From an uncultured candidate division Zixibacteria bacterium (GTDB lineage Bacteria > Zixibacteria > MSB-5A5 > UBA10806), in contig CAWDFP010000006.1 in the NCBI GenBank assembly GCA_963801605.1, positions 1,120,001 through 1,184,000 on the forward strand: a stretch of 64,000 bases of DNA. The letters are read 5' to 3'. The translations under genes and the position numbers were made by a program. Below the pieces are notes generated by a model. The model was not told the origin of the DNA, made no database searches, and saw nothing but the letters and a program-made list of their open reading frames with translations. Numbering within the stretch: the first letter of the stretch is position 1; every line of letters begins with the position of its first letter. Below are positions 41,301 to 51,639 of the stretch, in pieces.

Positions 41301-41692
41301 GTATCTTTACTTTACCGGATGACTGGTCGCTCAATTTCATCTGGCAGTTCAAAACCGGGAAACCGTTTACTCCAGATGTCAAGTATCCGGGTCTGGTACT
41401 CATTGGAAGAGAGAAACCTTTAGCCAATTCCAAGAGGATGTCGAATTACTCCACAGTGGATGTTAGATTCGATAAGAATTTCCAGGCGTGGAAACTCAAC
41501 TATACCTTTACGGTCAACGTCCTGAACCTGTTTGATACCAAAAATATCAATGATGTATACACCACCACAGGTCTGGCTTACAGCAATGTAAACGAAAATG
41601 GCCAGATTCTTACCGGACTTACCAGGGACGCCAATCCAGCCAATTACGATTCCGGCCGTCAAATTCAGTTCGGCATGAGCTTGAATTTCTAA
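38345..41692 (+). CDS. TonB-dependent receptor with an inserted D-x-N-x-N-G repeat domain
   Basis: Signal peptide, N-terminal CarboxypepD-like domain, plug (RGGR, G-FDAEYG), FSPR, GNPNL, C-terminal GRQIQFGMSLNF. Confidence 0.9.
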   Translation: MRFRKIKILPLLMVFLITLVTASSVLAGTVGKISGVVTDEKGEPIPGVSVKIEGTSIGAAAGIDGSYVILNVPPGTYNVSAQTVGYNKTTAQGVVVQADVTTAQDFKLVSNAIKAEDILVIVPKKTIDKYITTTEYTKSGDQIKTMPVTNLGQLLKSTPGFVKEGGLLHSRGGRAGEISYIVDGIEVKDPLGGYGAAQRQAVDIPASEVDQLSVLKGNFDAEYGGVSSAIINVVGKGGDTRVTSGRIEYLTDDFGIASLNKYSFNSDRLEWNLSGPIPGLKDQLFPALGLKWPGENMAYFLSFSGDKSNNYVDYNNYSSPNSKIDYGYEKFLGIKIPNRRSNAYSANAKLTWQMDANGKYKLSTNYRKLWQNFTGFSWQFLYTPQTAPTISESKEIYGATFTFSPSFLKNTFGELKVNRFKQRYEQRPGTRTPGDFLNSENYESYVDLNHNGKWDAAESYVDTNHDGFFGEPFDDYNGNGVWDAGEPFTDLNANGRYDADIGEPYSDLNGNGKWDRVEQINNDHYFYDQNNNGVFDAGDSSYLVDGRGNGVYDTQLRDVINIDQPEPYTDGDKSSGEPFIDVDLDGVFTGPPNNPTGQDIFLGAWDLNNNGRHDGPSDPWSQGIPYVDLNNNGRYDAPNGRYDYGEPFVDQNGNGVYDAADGFWDYGYDQWALWQMTQTTTNTFSLNLTSQVSKQHEIKSGIEYKDMNLDMNELQYPDQTYDGSADGGSWPDRGIFRDFYTRTPKQGSFYIRDKMEYGEMIADLGFRYEFYLQANEVQDSVYSSENYQGKAIYDSRNKFSPRVSFSFPVAEKAKLYFNYGHFYQLPDLSNFFKRPTQASNAAGIIGNPNLDFQKTISYELGVQYSISHGYVLDLSGFYKDYYGLLNSIRQVYGPITTDVYGNVDYARTRGLEMQLEKRYGNFLAGSLNYQYTWAFGKNSSSQADYYARFYRQEIPIQERPLDWDIRHQLTVNADIRAAKKVHPRFGIFTLPDDWSLNFIWQFKTGKPFTPDVKYPGLVLIGREKPLANSKRMSNYSTVDVRFDKNFQAWKLNYTFTVNVLNLFDTKNINDVYTTTGLAYSNVNENGQILTGLTRDANPANYDSGRQIQFGMSLNF

Positions 41693-41826
41693 GGCGCGTA
41701 AAGTGATAGTGAAGGTTGAGATGAATAATATGACAATAATAGAAATGTTCGACGCCTCGTTGAGCAGAGACTTATCTATCACGTTGCTCCTTTACGGGGA
41801 GTTACGAAAGAAAGAGAGGTAAGAAC

Positions 41827-44285
41827 TTGATAAAGAAGATTCTTTTACTGCTTCTTCTTGTAGGTTTCGCGACAAACCTTCAGGCCGCTTTTCGGCATGA
41901 TACCAGCGGAGATGGTCCAAGGAGGCTTGCCAAACCATCCGTGCTTCCCAATACACAATTGAGAGTTCACGATGTTGGCAAAGTTTGGATGTCTGTGACC
42001 AACTTCGGGTTTTTCGGAAGTCAGGATGGCGAATTCAAGGATGCCAGCGGGAAATACCTGGTGGCGCCCGGCTGCGAATTCCCCGGAGGAAGCAACTTTA
42101 CGTATCTTTTCCAGGGCGCGCTCTGGATTGGAGCCATAATCGATACTACTAATGATCTGGGCCAGAGCGTATTTGATACCCTGGTATCGATTGGTAATGA
42201 CGGTTGGTGGGGGAACCTGTTTGAAATGTATCCCTCGAATCCCGCCCGGCGGAGATATCCTTGTCCGTTCGATCAGGCCTGCCGATGTCTATCCTTACGG
42301 TGATTCGGCTGGTGCAAAATCGGAACAGGACTATGTTGCGGTATACACTGATACAGTTACCTCATCGCTGGTTAGCGAAGATCCCAACGATGGACGCAAG
42401 CATATTCCACTTGGTATTGAAATTACCCAGCGCAGTTATGCCTGGAGCTACGAATATGCCGAGGATTTCATTCTTTTCGACTTCGATATTGCAAATATCG
42501 GCCGTCGAAATCTGGAAAATCTCTGGGTCGGACTTTATATTGATGCCGATGTGTATCATAGTTCGGAAAACCCCTACGGTATCGAACAGGGAGCCCAGGA
42601 CGATATCTGCGGTTTCGATCTTTATAATACCACCGGGAGCGACACCACAACCATTAATACCGCCTGGATTGCCGATAACGATGGGCAACCTTATGACGGC
42701 GCCTACGACTACCGTTCTCCCCGCGGTGTAACCGGCGTAAGAGTCGTTAGAACACCGCTGGCCGATACATCGCTTAAGACCAGTTTTAATTGGTGGATTT
42801 CTAATATGGATGCCCCTAAGGATTGGGGTCCGAGAAGAACTTCGTTCGGTACTGAACCATTTCCGGGCGGCGGTGTGGGTACACCTGGCGGAGATGTGGC
42901 CAAATATAGAGTGATGGCAAACGGTGAATTTGATTATGATCAAATTTGGTGCGCTATTCAGCATGAGGGCTGGATAGCACCGCCAAGCACTGCTACCGAT
43001 CTGGCCAACGGTTACGACACACGCTATCTGTTCTCATTCGGTCCTTTTCCAAGCGTACCTTCCGACAGCATCCTCAAGCTAACCACGGCTTACGTTTGCG
43101 GCGAGAACTTACATTCCGATCCCCAGAATTTTGCCAACAATCTGATGGGAAAAGAATCCGATTCGGCTTCGATTCAGACGTTATTATGACAAGCTGGACT
43201 TTACAGATTTTGCAACTAACGCGCAATGGGCCGACTGGGTTTATGATAACCCTGGCGTTGATACCGACGGCAATGGTACTTTTGGAGATTATCGAATTAC
43301 GGCCACAGGCGATACCTTCTGGTTCAAAGGCGATGGTGTTCCGGATTTTGCTGGTCCGCCTCCGCCTCCAGCTCCCAAATTGTACGTCGCAACCAGTACC
43401 GGGTATGTGAGTTTGGCATGGGATGGAAATATAACTGAATCCACAAAGGATAATTTTAGCAAGAGAGTTGATTTCGAAGGTTATCGAGTCTATATGTCGA
43501 AAACCGGCCGCAGCGATGATTATACTCTTCTGGGTGATTACGATTTAGTCGATTTTGATTACACCTGGTTTGATACCACTCAATCGCCGGCACAATGGAC
43601 TAATTGGAAAAAAGCCCCGAAAAGGATCGAGGAATTTCCAGCCGGTTTTGATCCCGACGTTTTCAGATTAGAGGACTTAATTCCGGATACCGCCGGAGTG
43701 CTGCAGGGAGGCCACTGGATTAAGCATGGTTGGAACACCGGCCTGGCGGCTGTTCAGACGCCCGATTCGACTCGCTGGTACCATATGGAGATGGATAGCT
43801 TATCGGAAGCCCAGGGTCTTTATTTTGCAGTTACGGCTTATGACTATGGTGATCCGGTAACAAAGTTGTCTTCACTGGAATCGTCACCGGCCATTAATGC
43901 CAAGCTTGTCTTCCCGATCGCGATAGGCAGCGGTGAAAAAGTCGCAGTCTACCCCAATCCATATATTTTTACGGATGCTACCAAGCCCGGCGGATATATC
44001 GACAGGGGATGGGAAGATCCTGACAGATCAGGCAATACAGTATTTGATCGTCGCGTCAGATTTGAAGGCCTGCCACCAGGATGGTCCGTCAGAATATTTA
44101 CTCTCGATGGCGATTTGGTCAAGCAGATCAATTATGGCGACGCTCCATATACGATCGCGCCGACCACCTGCTACTGGGATCTCATCAGCCGCAACACTCA
44201 AGCCGTGGTTTCGGGCGTTTACATTTATGTAATCGAAGGCGCCAACGGTTACCATGAGCTTGGGAAGTTAGCGATTATTAAATAG
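41827..44285 (+). CDS. large secreted protein with a T9SS-like C-terminal domain, split by two +1 frameshifts (~42241, ~43181)
   Basis: Frames join into one protein (...EMYPSN/PPGGDIL... and SIQT/YYDKLDFTDFATNAQWA...); ends VYPNPY...WDLISRN...SGVYIY...GKLAIIK. Confidence 0.8.
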
Positions 44286-44300
44286 ACCAGGAGGCTATGA

Positions 44301-45251
44301 ATGAAAAAATACGTTTTGTTGTTCCCCTTAGTGGCGCTGCTGCTTAGCCCCGGCCTATGTTTTGGGCAGGCTAAGGTCGGGACCGCGGGGGCCAAGTTCC
44401 TACAGATCGGGGTTTCGGCACGAGCCATAGGCATGGGTGAAGCCTTCCTGGGTGTGTCCGATGATGCCTCCGATCTTTATTACAATCCCGGTGCGCTGTC
44501 TCTTCTTACCCAGAAAGAAGTGGTATTCACGCATGTGCAATATCCCGCCGGAATTCAATATGAATTCGTGGGATTTGTGCTTCCGACACCAGCGTTGGCC
44601 GGTTCATTCGGAGCGGCATTCTATGCGCTCCACATGGATGATATTCCGGTAACCGATTATGATCATATCCGCGGCAACGGCACGACCTTTACATCGCAGG
44701 ATATGGCAATGGGACTTTCTTACAGCGCCGGTTTAACCGATAGATTTTCGGTCGGCGTAACGGCGAAATATATCACCCAGCTTCTACACACGTACAAAGC
44801 CACCGGTTGGGCGATGGATTTAGGAACTTACTACGATACCGGATTCCGCAATTTCAAGATATGTATGGTGATTGCCAACTTCGGACCGGATTTGACATTC
44901 ATCAGCGATTCTTATCCTTTGCCTACCGATTTCAGGTTCGGCACAGCTATCGATGTCATCCAGAGCGAAAGCTCGCGTTTGACGGCAGCGGTACAGGTTT
45001 CGCATCCCAATGACAATCTTGAGAAGTACAATATGGGACTCGAATACTGGCTTAGCGATAAGTATTCGATCCGGGTCGGTAAGAAGTTCAACTACGATTA
45101 TTATGATAAGGGCGATGTGGGCGGAGGTCTGACCTTCGGCGCGGGAGTCAGGCTGCCGTTTTCAAGTTATCGTCTGACCCTTGATTATGCTTACCAGGAT
45201 CTAGGTTTTCTTGATTCTGTAAACCGGTTCTCATTCGGATTCAGGTTTTAA
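44301..45251 (+). CDS. PorV/PorQ family outer-membrane beta-barrel
   Basis: FLQIGVSARAIGMGEA...YYNPGAL N-terminal signature; terminal Phe. Confidence 0.88.
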   Translation: MKKYVLLFPLVALLLSPGLCFGQAKVGTAGAKFLQIGVSARAIGMGEAFLGVSDDASDLYYNPGALSLLTQKEVVFTHVQYPAGIQYEFVGFVLPTPALAGSFGAAFYALHMDDIPVTDYDHIRGNGTTFTSQDMAMGLSYSAGLTDRFSVGVTAKYITQLLHTYKATGWAMDLGTYYDTGFRNFKICMVIANFGPDLTFISDSYPLPTDFRFGTAIDVIQSESSRLTAAVQVSHPNDNLEKYNMGLEYWLSDKYSIRVGKKFNYDYYDKGDVGGGLTFGAGVRLPFSSYRLTLDYAYQDLGFLDSVNRFSFGFRF

Positions 45252-45265
45252 GGGGAGGATGAAGC

Positions 45266-46969
45266 ATGAAAAACCAAAAACTAATACTGATCGTCCTTGT
45301 GATAATGGCAACGCTTATGCTGGTTTTCGCCGGATGCAGCGAGAAATCGCTTAAGGGGAAACTGTTGACCCCTCAGCCGCCGTCGATTTTCTGGGCGAGC
45401 GTTAGCATCGATACACTCAACCATCGTAATCCGGTCTTGCATTGGTTCAGCACTGACCAGGATGGCGTAGTGCTCGACTATCAATATACCGTGATACTAA
45501 CCTCATCAGTCGATTCGCTTGGCGGGATAAACTCTGTGATGCAGAACTTCCCCGCCAATGCCAGCTGGAATATCATTCATACAGATTCAGCGACCATACC
45601 GCTATATGCCTCCGGGGATACTTCGGTGTTTGTCAGCCAATATGTTTTTATTCGAGCCATGGATGAGGATAGTCTCTTTTCGGGTATTATTTACAAGCAG
45701 ATGGCGCGAAATAATCATCCCCCTACCTGTTATGTCGTAGTACCGATGACAATAGATGGCGTGCATCCCGAACAACAATGGAGCTTGCCGGAGACAACCG
45801 GCACCTGGAAAGGTATCAGAGTTGCCTGGGTAGGGAAAGATTCGATTGATATTCCCGGCAGTATTCAGCCGGATTTCGATTGGAATATCCGTATCTATGG
45901 ACCTTTTACCGATTCATTATCCGCCGATACCACGGGCCTTTATCGCCAGTACTATTCGGATTCGACACACACCAGCGTCTGGATTCGATCTAAGCAGATG
46001 TACCTCACTAATCTTCAAACCGGCTGGTACATCCTTTATGCTCAGAACCGGGATGATGCTTTTACAACGTCAGTTCCGGCGCTGGGATACCTGACATCTT
46101 ATGAGCCTACCTGGATCAGACATCCTGAATTAACCAAACCGATACTAATTGCCAATCACAGTTTCTATGCCCAGGAAGGCGCTTTTAACGCCACCGCCAA
46201 AGGTGAGCTTAGAGTTTCCAAGCGCGATTCCGTCCGAGCTTTCTACATGCAGATGATTCAAAATGCGGGCTACGATACGGTAACCGATGTCGATTGGAAG
46301 GATTTTATCAGCAATACCTCGCCTCGTGCCGTTGCCAAATCGGATCTGTATAACCATAAAATGGTTATCCTGCTCGATACCGATTACAACTATCCGCTGG
46401 ATACAGACATCCAGGAAACACCTTATTCGCTGTATATGGATGTCGGCGGTATGATATGGCTTATTGGCAGGCGTTCATTTGATCCCTCAGGCGGAGGCCG
46501 AATTGATTTCGGTATCAATGGAGACCGCGACGGGAAGCATGCTATCGCTTACAGATATTTTAACCTTTCCGGCGCTTATTCGCAGCCCACGAATAATTTC
46601 AGGCAGGCTGAATTTGCCGGTGCATCGGCTCTCATTGCAGGATTCCCGGATTTAGCCGTTGATACTCTGCGAGTAGCCCAATGTAATTGGGCTCGAATCA
46701 GCGGTACTGACACGACTTATTTCCTCTATTCTCATGGACTCATCGGGGTGGATAACTTAAACAGGCTCGGGGATTCCGAAACCATTTATAAATATACTGC
46801 GGTCAATCCCGACACCTCCCGTTTCCATAATTTCCCGGTGGCAACTCGCTATAATCGAGGGACATTTAAGACCTCTTACTTCGCTTTCCCGCTCTATTTT
46901 ATTCAAACTGAGCAGGCTCAAGAGGTGGTAAATCAAATGCTGGCATGGTTTGATCCTCGAAATTACTAA
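45266..46969 (+). CDS. hypothetical lipoprotein
   Basis: FAG-C lipobox, GGAGG RBS, last gene of the operon. Confidence 0.8.
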   Translation: MKNQKLILIVLVIMATLMLVFAGCSEKSLKGKLLTPQPPSIFWASVSIDTLNHRNPVLHWFSTDQDGVVLDYQYTVILTSSVDSLGGINSVMQNFPANASWNIIHTDSATIPLYASGDTSVFVSQYVFIRAMDEDSLFSGIIYKQMARNNHPPTCYVVVPMTIDGVHPEQQWSLPETTGTWKGIRVAWVGKDSIDIPGSIQPDFDWNIRIYGPFTDSLSADTTGLYRQYYSDSTHTSVWIRSKQMYLTNLQTGWYILYAQNRDDAFTTSVPALGYLTSYEPTWIRHPELTKPILIANHSFYAQEGAFNATAKGELRVSKRDSVRAFYMQMIQNAGYDTVTDVDWKDFISNTSPRAVAKSDLYNHKMVILLDTDYNYPLDTDIQETPYSLYMDVGGMIWLIGRRSFDPSGGGRIDFGINGDRDGKHAIAYRYFNLSGAYSQPTNNFRQAEFAGASALIAGFPDLAVDTLRVAQCNWARISGTDTTYFLYSHGLIGVDNLNRLGDSETIYKYTAVNPDTSRFHNFPVATRYNRGTFKTSYFAFPLYFIQTEQAQEVVNQMLAWFDPRNY

Positions 46970-46987
46970 TCGATTTTTACTATTTTT

Positions 46988-47020
46988 AGGGCGCCCGATA
47001 TATTCGGGCGCCTTTTTTTT
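46988..47020 (+). terminator. intrinsic terminator of the TonB receptor operon
   Basis: GGCGCCCGA...TCGGGCGCC followed by T8. Confidence 0.85.
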
Positions 47021-47059
47021 ATTTATTCAATTCACGCCACAGATTATATTAAGAGCGAT

Positions 47060-48028
47060 ATGAGTACCAGATTAGTGGATATGCCCAAAATCGCAGTAAT
47101 CGGGCACCTGGTAAAAGATGAGATAAAGACGCTCGATGGCGCAATTAGTGTCGCCCTGGGAGGCACAGCCTATAATCTGGCGGCGTTGGCGGCCGTTCAG
47201 GTCCAGGGAAAGATTTATCCCGTTTGCCGTATCGGGAGCGATATAAAGTGTCTATCCGATGAGCTTTTCGATTTATCGCCTCGATTTGATCTCGCGAACG
47301 TTAATTATGCCAGACGGCCCAATGCGGTCCATCGGCTAACTTACAATCCCGATGGCAGCCGCGGTGAATGGAATTCCGGGAGACAAGTCCCTCTTAAAAT
47401 TGATTCGGCGCTCTTAAAATGCAATGCACTTTTGATTAATTTTATCTCCGGAAATGATGTTAAACTTTCTGATTTACAGGCTTTAAGGAAACATTATAAG
47501 GGCCTGATATATTGCGATTACCACAGCCTTTCGCTGGGTTTGGATAGCGATAAAATAAGATTTATACGATATCATCCCCGCTGGCGCGATTATTTGTCGG
47601 CAGTCGATATAATTCAAATGAATCTGCTTGAGCTTTCCAGTATTTTTGGTCGAAAACTCGATAGCCGTAAAGCGGCGATGGAAGCCTTTGAACTATTACA
47701 TAAGGCTGGCCCCCAGGTTGCGATAATTACAGCCGGACGAGATGGCGTAATATTATCGCAACATTCCGAAGGGCGCTACTACCATATACCGGCAGTCAAA
47801 ATTACCAGGGAAGTGGATGCCACCGGATGCGGAGATACGCTAAGTTCCTCATTTTTATATCATTATTTGATTTCGGGAAATATCGTAGGTTCACTGGAAA
47901 CGGCCAACCATTATGCGGCGGCTAAAGCTACTTTCTCAGGTTTAGCGGGGTTTGCCAATATCGAAGAAATCAAATCCAAAATAGGACCACCATCCAAAGC
48001 CGAGAGAATTTTCGGCATTTCGCATTAA
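47060..48028 (+). CDS. PfkB family carbohydrate kinase
   Basis: LGGTAYN at the N-terminus, NLLE, DATGCGD at the C-terminus. Confidence 0.88.
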   Translation: MSTRLVDMPKIAVIGHLVKDEIKTLDGAISVALGGTAYNLAALAAVQVQGKIYPVCRIGSDIKCLSDELFDLSPRFDLANVNYARRPNAVHRLTYNPDGSRGEWNSGRQVPLKIDSALLKCNALLINFISGNDVKLSDLQALRKHYKGLIYCDYHSLSLGLDSDKIRFIRYHPRWRDYLSAVDIIQMNLLELSSIFGRKLDSRKAAMEAFELLHKAGPQVAIITAGRDGVILSQHSEGRYYHIPAVKITREVDATGCGDTLSSSFLYHYLISGNIVGSLETANHYAAAKATFSGLAGFANIEEIKSKIGPPSKAERIFGISH

Positions 48029-48171
48029 GCCAAAACAACTCGTCAGGCAACTGGTATAAGGATTTTGCAATAGCCCACAAGGCTTAAGGATTAGATAATT
48101 CTATACAAAATTTTAATTTGCTCCGTAGACTTGCATTAATAAAAATTAATCAATCACACTTTAATACTAAT

Positions 48172-48203
48172 AAAAAGGGGATAGAGCTAATGGCTCTATC
48201 CCC
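48172..48203 (-). terminator. intrinsic terminator after citrate synthase
   Basis: GGGGATAGAGC...GCTCTATCCCC with a minus-strand U-tract. Confidence 0.8.
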
Positions 48204-48225
48204 GGAAATAGTAATATTCAGAAAA

Positions 48226-49524
48226 TTACATCGCAGGCGGCGTTGGAGGTTGTGCCGCGGCAATCTGCTTTTTTATCCAGGCAGTTGGCACTGATTTAGG
48301 GCGTTCGATCGGAATGCCATAAGCGCGGTTGACGACAAGCTGAGAGCACATGCCCAATGCACGTGAGATCGAGAAGAGCACTGTATAATACGAGAACTCT
48401 TTCAATCCGAAATGATAAAGCAGCGCGCCGGAGCCGGCGTCAACGTTGGGCCATGGATCTTTAGCTTTGCCCTGCTCAACGAGAACCTTTGGCACGATTT
48501 CAAATACCTTATTAACAATCTGGAAGACTGGATCATCTGACATTACACGTTTTCCAAAAGCGCGGAAAGCGTCAAAACGCGGATCGGTGATGCGGAGTAC
48601 GGCATGGCCATAACCGGGGATAACCTTACCTGAATTTAGCGTATCCCAGGCGAATTTGCGAAGCTGATCGTCGGTGGGAACGCCTTTGAACATATCAAGT
48701 ACCATCAGCACCCAACCCAGGCACTCTTGATTGGCCAAACCGTGAAGCGGGCCGGCGAGCCCGTTGAGACCGGCCGAAACAGCATAGTATGGATCGGAAA
48801 GGGCCGAACCTACGCAATGGCAGGTATGAGCAGATACGTTACCGCCCTCGTGATCGCTGTGAAGCACCATATAGAGGCGCATCAAATTGGCTAACTCACC
48901 GGTCTTATCCTTAATGCCAAGCATGTGAGCATAGTTGGCCGCCCAATCGAGTCCTTTTTTGCCGGCAATGCGCGGGCCTTTTTTGAAGCGCATGCGATAT
49001 ACTCCGGCGCCAATGGCGGGCAGCTTGGCGATAATATTGAGTGAATCCTCAAGCGTAGGAAGCCAGTAATCGTTCTTCTTCATGCCTTCATCATAACGTT
49101 TGCGGAAGATCGATTCTTTCTCCATAATTAGAATGGCGGTGTTGAACATCACCATAGGATGCGAATCTTTGGGCATTGCCTCTAATGTCTTCCAGACGTA
49201 AGCCGGTACTTTGGATCTGGCTTGGAGATCAGCCTGAAGGCTTTTCAGCTCTTTCTGATCGGGAAGCTCTCCAGTGAGCAAGAGGTAGAGGACCTCCTCG
49301 GGCAGCTTTTCGGTCAATTCAGCCACGGGGATTCCGCGAATGATGAGTCCTTTATCCGGGGGTACTTCGGAGGTGTCGCAGATCATTCCTTTGACACCGC
49401 GCATACCGCCATAGGCCTGTCCGATATTAACATCGGAAATAACCTGGTTTCCATGCTGTTTGTTTATGACGGCTATTTCATCGCGCCATTTGGGGATAAG
49501 TGCTTCAAGACGTTGTTTTAGCAT
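48226..49524 (-). CDS. gltA: citrate (Si)-synthase, eukaryote-type
   Basis: YGGMRG, HSDHEGGNVSAH, GLAGPLHGLANQE, PGYGHAVLRITDPR, WPNVDA, IERPKS. Confidence 0.93.
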   Translation of the reverse strand: MLKQRLEALIPKWRDEIAVINKQHGNQVISDVNIGQAYGGMRGVKGMICDTSEVPPDKGLIIRGIPVAELTEKLPEEVLYLLLTGELPDQKELKSLQADLQARSKVPAYVWKTLEAMPKDSHPMVMFNTAILIMEKESIFRKRYDEGMKKNDYWLPTLEDSLNIIAKLPAIGAGVYRMRFKKGPRIAGKKGLDWAANYAHMLGIKDKTGELANLMRLYMVLHSDHEGGNVSAHTCHCVGSALSDPYYAVSAGLNGLAGPLHGLANQECLGWVLMVLDMFKGVPTDDQLRKFAWDTLNSGKVIPGYGHAVLRITDPRFDAFRAFGKRVMSDDPVFQIVNKVFEIVPKVLVEQGKAKDPWPNVDAGSGALLYHFGLKEFSYYTVLFSISRALGMCSQLVVNRAYGIPIERPKSVPTAWIKKQIAAAQPPTPPAM

Positions 49525-50083
49525 ATATCTATTCTCCTTGGTTTTTGAGTTTGGATAATTATACTAATTATCAACATGTTCATATTTTTTCCATTGTCAA
49601 GGGTTCGAAATAATAATTTGCTATCGATATCCATTAAGTCTCATAATTAATAATCTTGCCAGGCAAAGTCAATTAAAATATGGTTTTTGGTGGTTTTGGA
49701 TGATAATTATTTCACAACAGTTCATTGGGAAAAGCGTAACCGGTATTATTAAAATTTATGCAAATTTATCGGGCATTGCCCATATTATTATTGTTAACCG
49801 TATTTAATTCTTATGGTTAGGGAAACAGTTTTCAGACAATCCCTTGGATTTCTATTAGAATATCGCAGTTTTCAATTGAAGGGATAACTTTGACTATTGA
49901 AGTAACATGTCTTTCGTCTTTCCGACATGATGCTTAGAATTTGCAAATCGATGTGATGAAATTGACGGAAACATACATTAGTAAAACGGCACAATCGAAT
50001 TTTTAATCGGATACTGATCAAATCGCGACATATTTCGCCTTTTCTATTTGACCTATCTATCCTTAAATACATATAATCCCTAA

Positions 50084-50848
50084 GTGAGAACTATTAAAAT
50101 AACATTCGCAATCCTGATGATGACGACGCTATCGGCATCTGCTGGGCTTCCGCCTCCTCAGGGATATGTGTCCGATTTTATGAATCTACTCGATAGCCAG
50201 AGTAGAATAAGAATCACCGATGCAATCCAGACTATCGAACAAGGTACCGGAGCTGAAATCGCAGTAATTATCCAGGATTCTCTGCCTGCCAATACCTCAA
50301 TTGAGGAACAGGCATTGGCCTACCTTACGGATTGGAAGATCGGTAAGAAAGGTCAGGATAACGGCCTGGTGCTATTAATTATCGATGATGAAACCAATCG
50401 TTACCACGCTTATCGGTTCGAAACCGGCTATGGTCTCGAAGGACAGCTTACTGACGCGACGCTCGGGCAAATCGGCCGTGAGGAAATGGTACCTCGTTTT
50501 CGCTCTGGCAATTACGGCGATGGCGTATTGGCTGGCGTTATCAGAATTGGTCAGGTTTTAGGCGCTGATATGGGAGCGGTGCCCAAACCAAAGAAACGCT
50601 CATCAGGCGCCCAGGGATTTGGCGCGCTTATATTCGTTATAATTATCTTAATGATGGTTTTTGGAGGCCGTGGCCGAGGTTTGGGCGGTGGATCAAGCCT
50701 GTTCTGGCTAATGATGCTGGGTGGCATGGGTGGCGGCCGTCGCGGGGGCGGATTCGGCGGCGGTGGCTTTGGAGGTGGTGGAGGAGGCTTCGGTGGTTTC
50801 GGCGGCGGCGGTGGAGGTGGCGGCGGTGGCGCCACCGGAAGCTGGTAA
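50084..50848 (+). CDS. TPM domain-containing membrane protein (YgcG-like)
   Basis: WKIGKKGQDNG, ETGYGLEG, TM helix, Gly-rich tail ending GATGSW. Confidence 0.9.
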   Translation: MRTIKITFAILMMTTLSASAGLPPPQGYVSDFMNLLDSQSRIRITDAIQTIEQGTGAEIAVIIQDSLPANTSIEEQALAYLTDWKIGKKGQDNGLVLLIIDDETNRYHAYRFETGYGLEGQLTDATLGQIGREEMVPRFRSGNYGDGVLAGVIRIGQVLGADMGAVPKPKKRSSGAQGFGALIFVIIILMMVFGGRGRGLGGGSSLFWLMMLGGMGGGRRGGGFGGGGFGGGGGGFGGFGGGGGGGGGGATGSW

Positions 50849-50915
50849 ATAGACTATCAATGGGCGTCTGGCAAGTCTGCTGGACGCCTTTACTGTATCT
50901 GATGTAAACAGTACT

Positions 50916-51033
50916 GCCGCGGGTTCCGCCCGTCCCGATCAAAGATCGGGACGCGGGAATCGGATTGGGGGTCCCGAACCCCCAATCCGTTTCCCTCTTT
51001 CGGTCCGATGGACCGAAAGGCGGAACCCGCGGC
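50916..51033. repeat. Four-way-junction structured repeat, copy D (shortest)
   Basis: GCCGCGGGTTCCGCC/GGCGGAACCCGCGGC; hairpins CGTCCCGATC-AAA-GATCGGGACG, GGGAATCGGATTGGGG...CCCCAATCCGTTTCCC and CTTTCGGTCC-GAT-GGACCGAAAG. Confidence 0.88.
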
Positions 51034-51228
51034 GTATCGAGTAGCCAGAAGTGTGCCGAGGCAGTCGATGGCAGGTTAAACGGGCATAATTTTGCCACAA
51101 AAAGAGATTCTCTTTGCATTTTATAACTCATATAATTAAGATTAGAAAACCGGATTCAGTTTCAGTTACTCGTTAGCATGTTTAGGGTAGAACTGTTTGA
51201 AAAAAATAAAAAGGGAGGAAGGAATATC

Positions 51229-51540
51229 ATGGATATTTTGAAGAAAATCACACTGGCATCGATTGGCGCCGTCGATCTTACTCGTGAGAAAGCGGAGCAG
51301 ATGCTCGATGAGCTGGTCAAACGAGGCGAAATGACAAGCGATGAAAGGGCCGAAGCGATAAAGAATTTCGTTAACAAGTCAATTGATTCCACCGAAAAAT
51401 TGCGGCAGCATACCGAGGAGTTGTTCGAAAGGTTTTCAGGGCGGATATCATCGAAATTTAATGAGCAAATATCGCAACTGGCGAATCGAATCGAACAATT
51501 GAATGTCAGGCTATCGGAGCTTGAAAACAGAGCAAAATAA
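51229..51540 (+). CDS. phasin-family (PhaF/PhaI-like) protein
   Basis: LASIGAVDLTREKAEQMLDELVKRGEM motif; typical partner upstream of an ABC1 kinase. Confidence 0.8.
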   Translation: MDILKKITLASIGAVDLTREKAEQMLDELVKRGEMTSDERAEAIKNFVNKSIDSTEKLRQHTEELFERFSGRISSKFNEQISQLANRIEQLNVRLSELENRAK

Positions 51541-51639
51541 GCGGGAGTCTCAAAGTTAATGACATCCGCCTTATAGAGGCGGTTCAAAGCCAAAAATGAC
51601 GAAAATGTTAATTTATAAATTACTCTAAAAGGGGATAGG

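Noticed and set aside
49698..49717. TTGTGAAATAATTATCA (minus) resembling a Rex operator upstream of citrate synthase
   Set aside because: Only one half-site matches within very AT-rich DNA; not supportable by eye.
50690..50848. GGC/GGT-rich low-complexity tract and the antisense poly-Pro ORF 50551..50835
   Set aside because: It is the normal Gly-rich tail of TPM-domain proteins; the antisense ORF is its shadow.
50916..51033. Cloverleaf-like repeat copies as tRNA or tRNA-Sec genes
   Set aside because: No T-loop/D-loop consensus, no 7-nt anticodon loop or CCA end, and arm lengths vary widely between copies.
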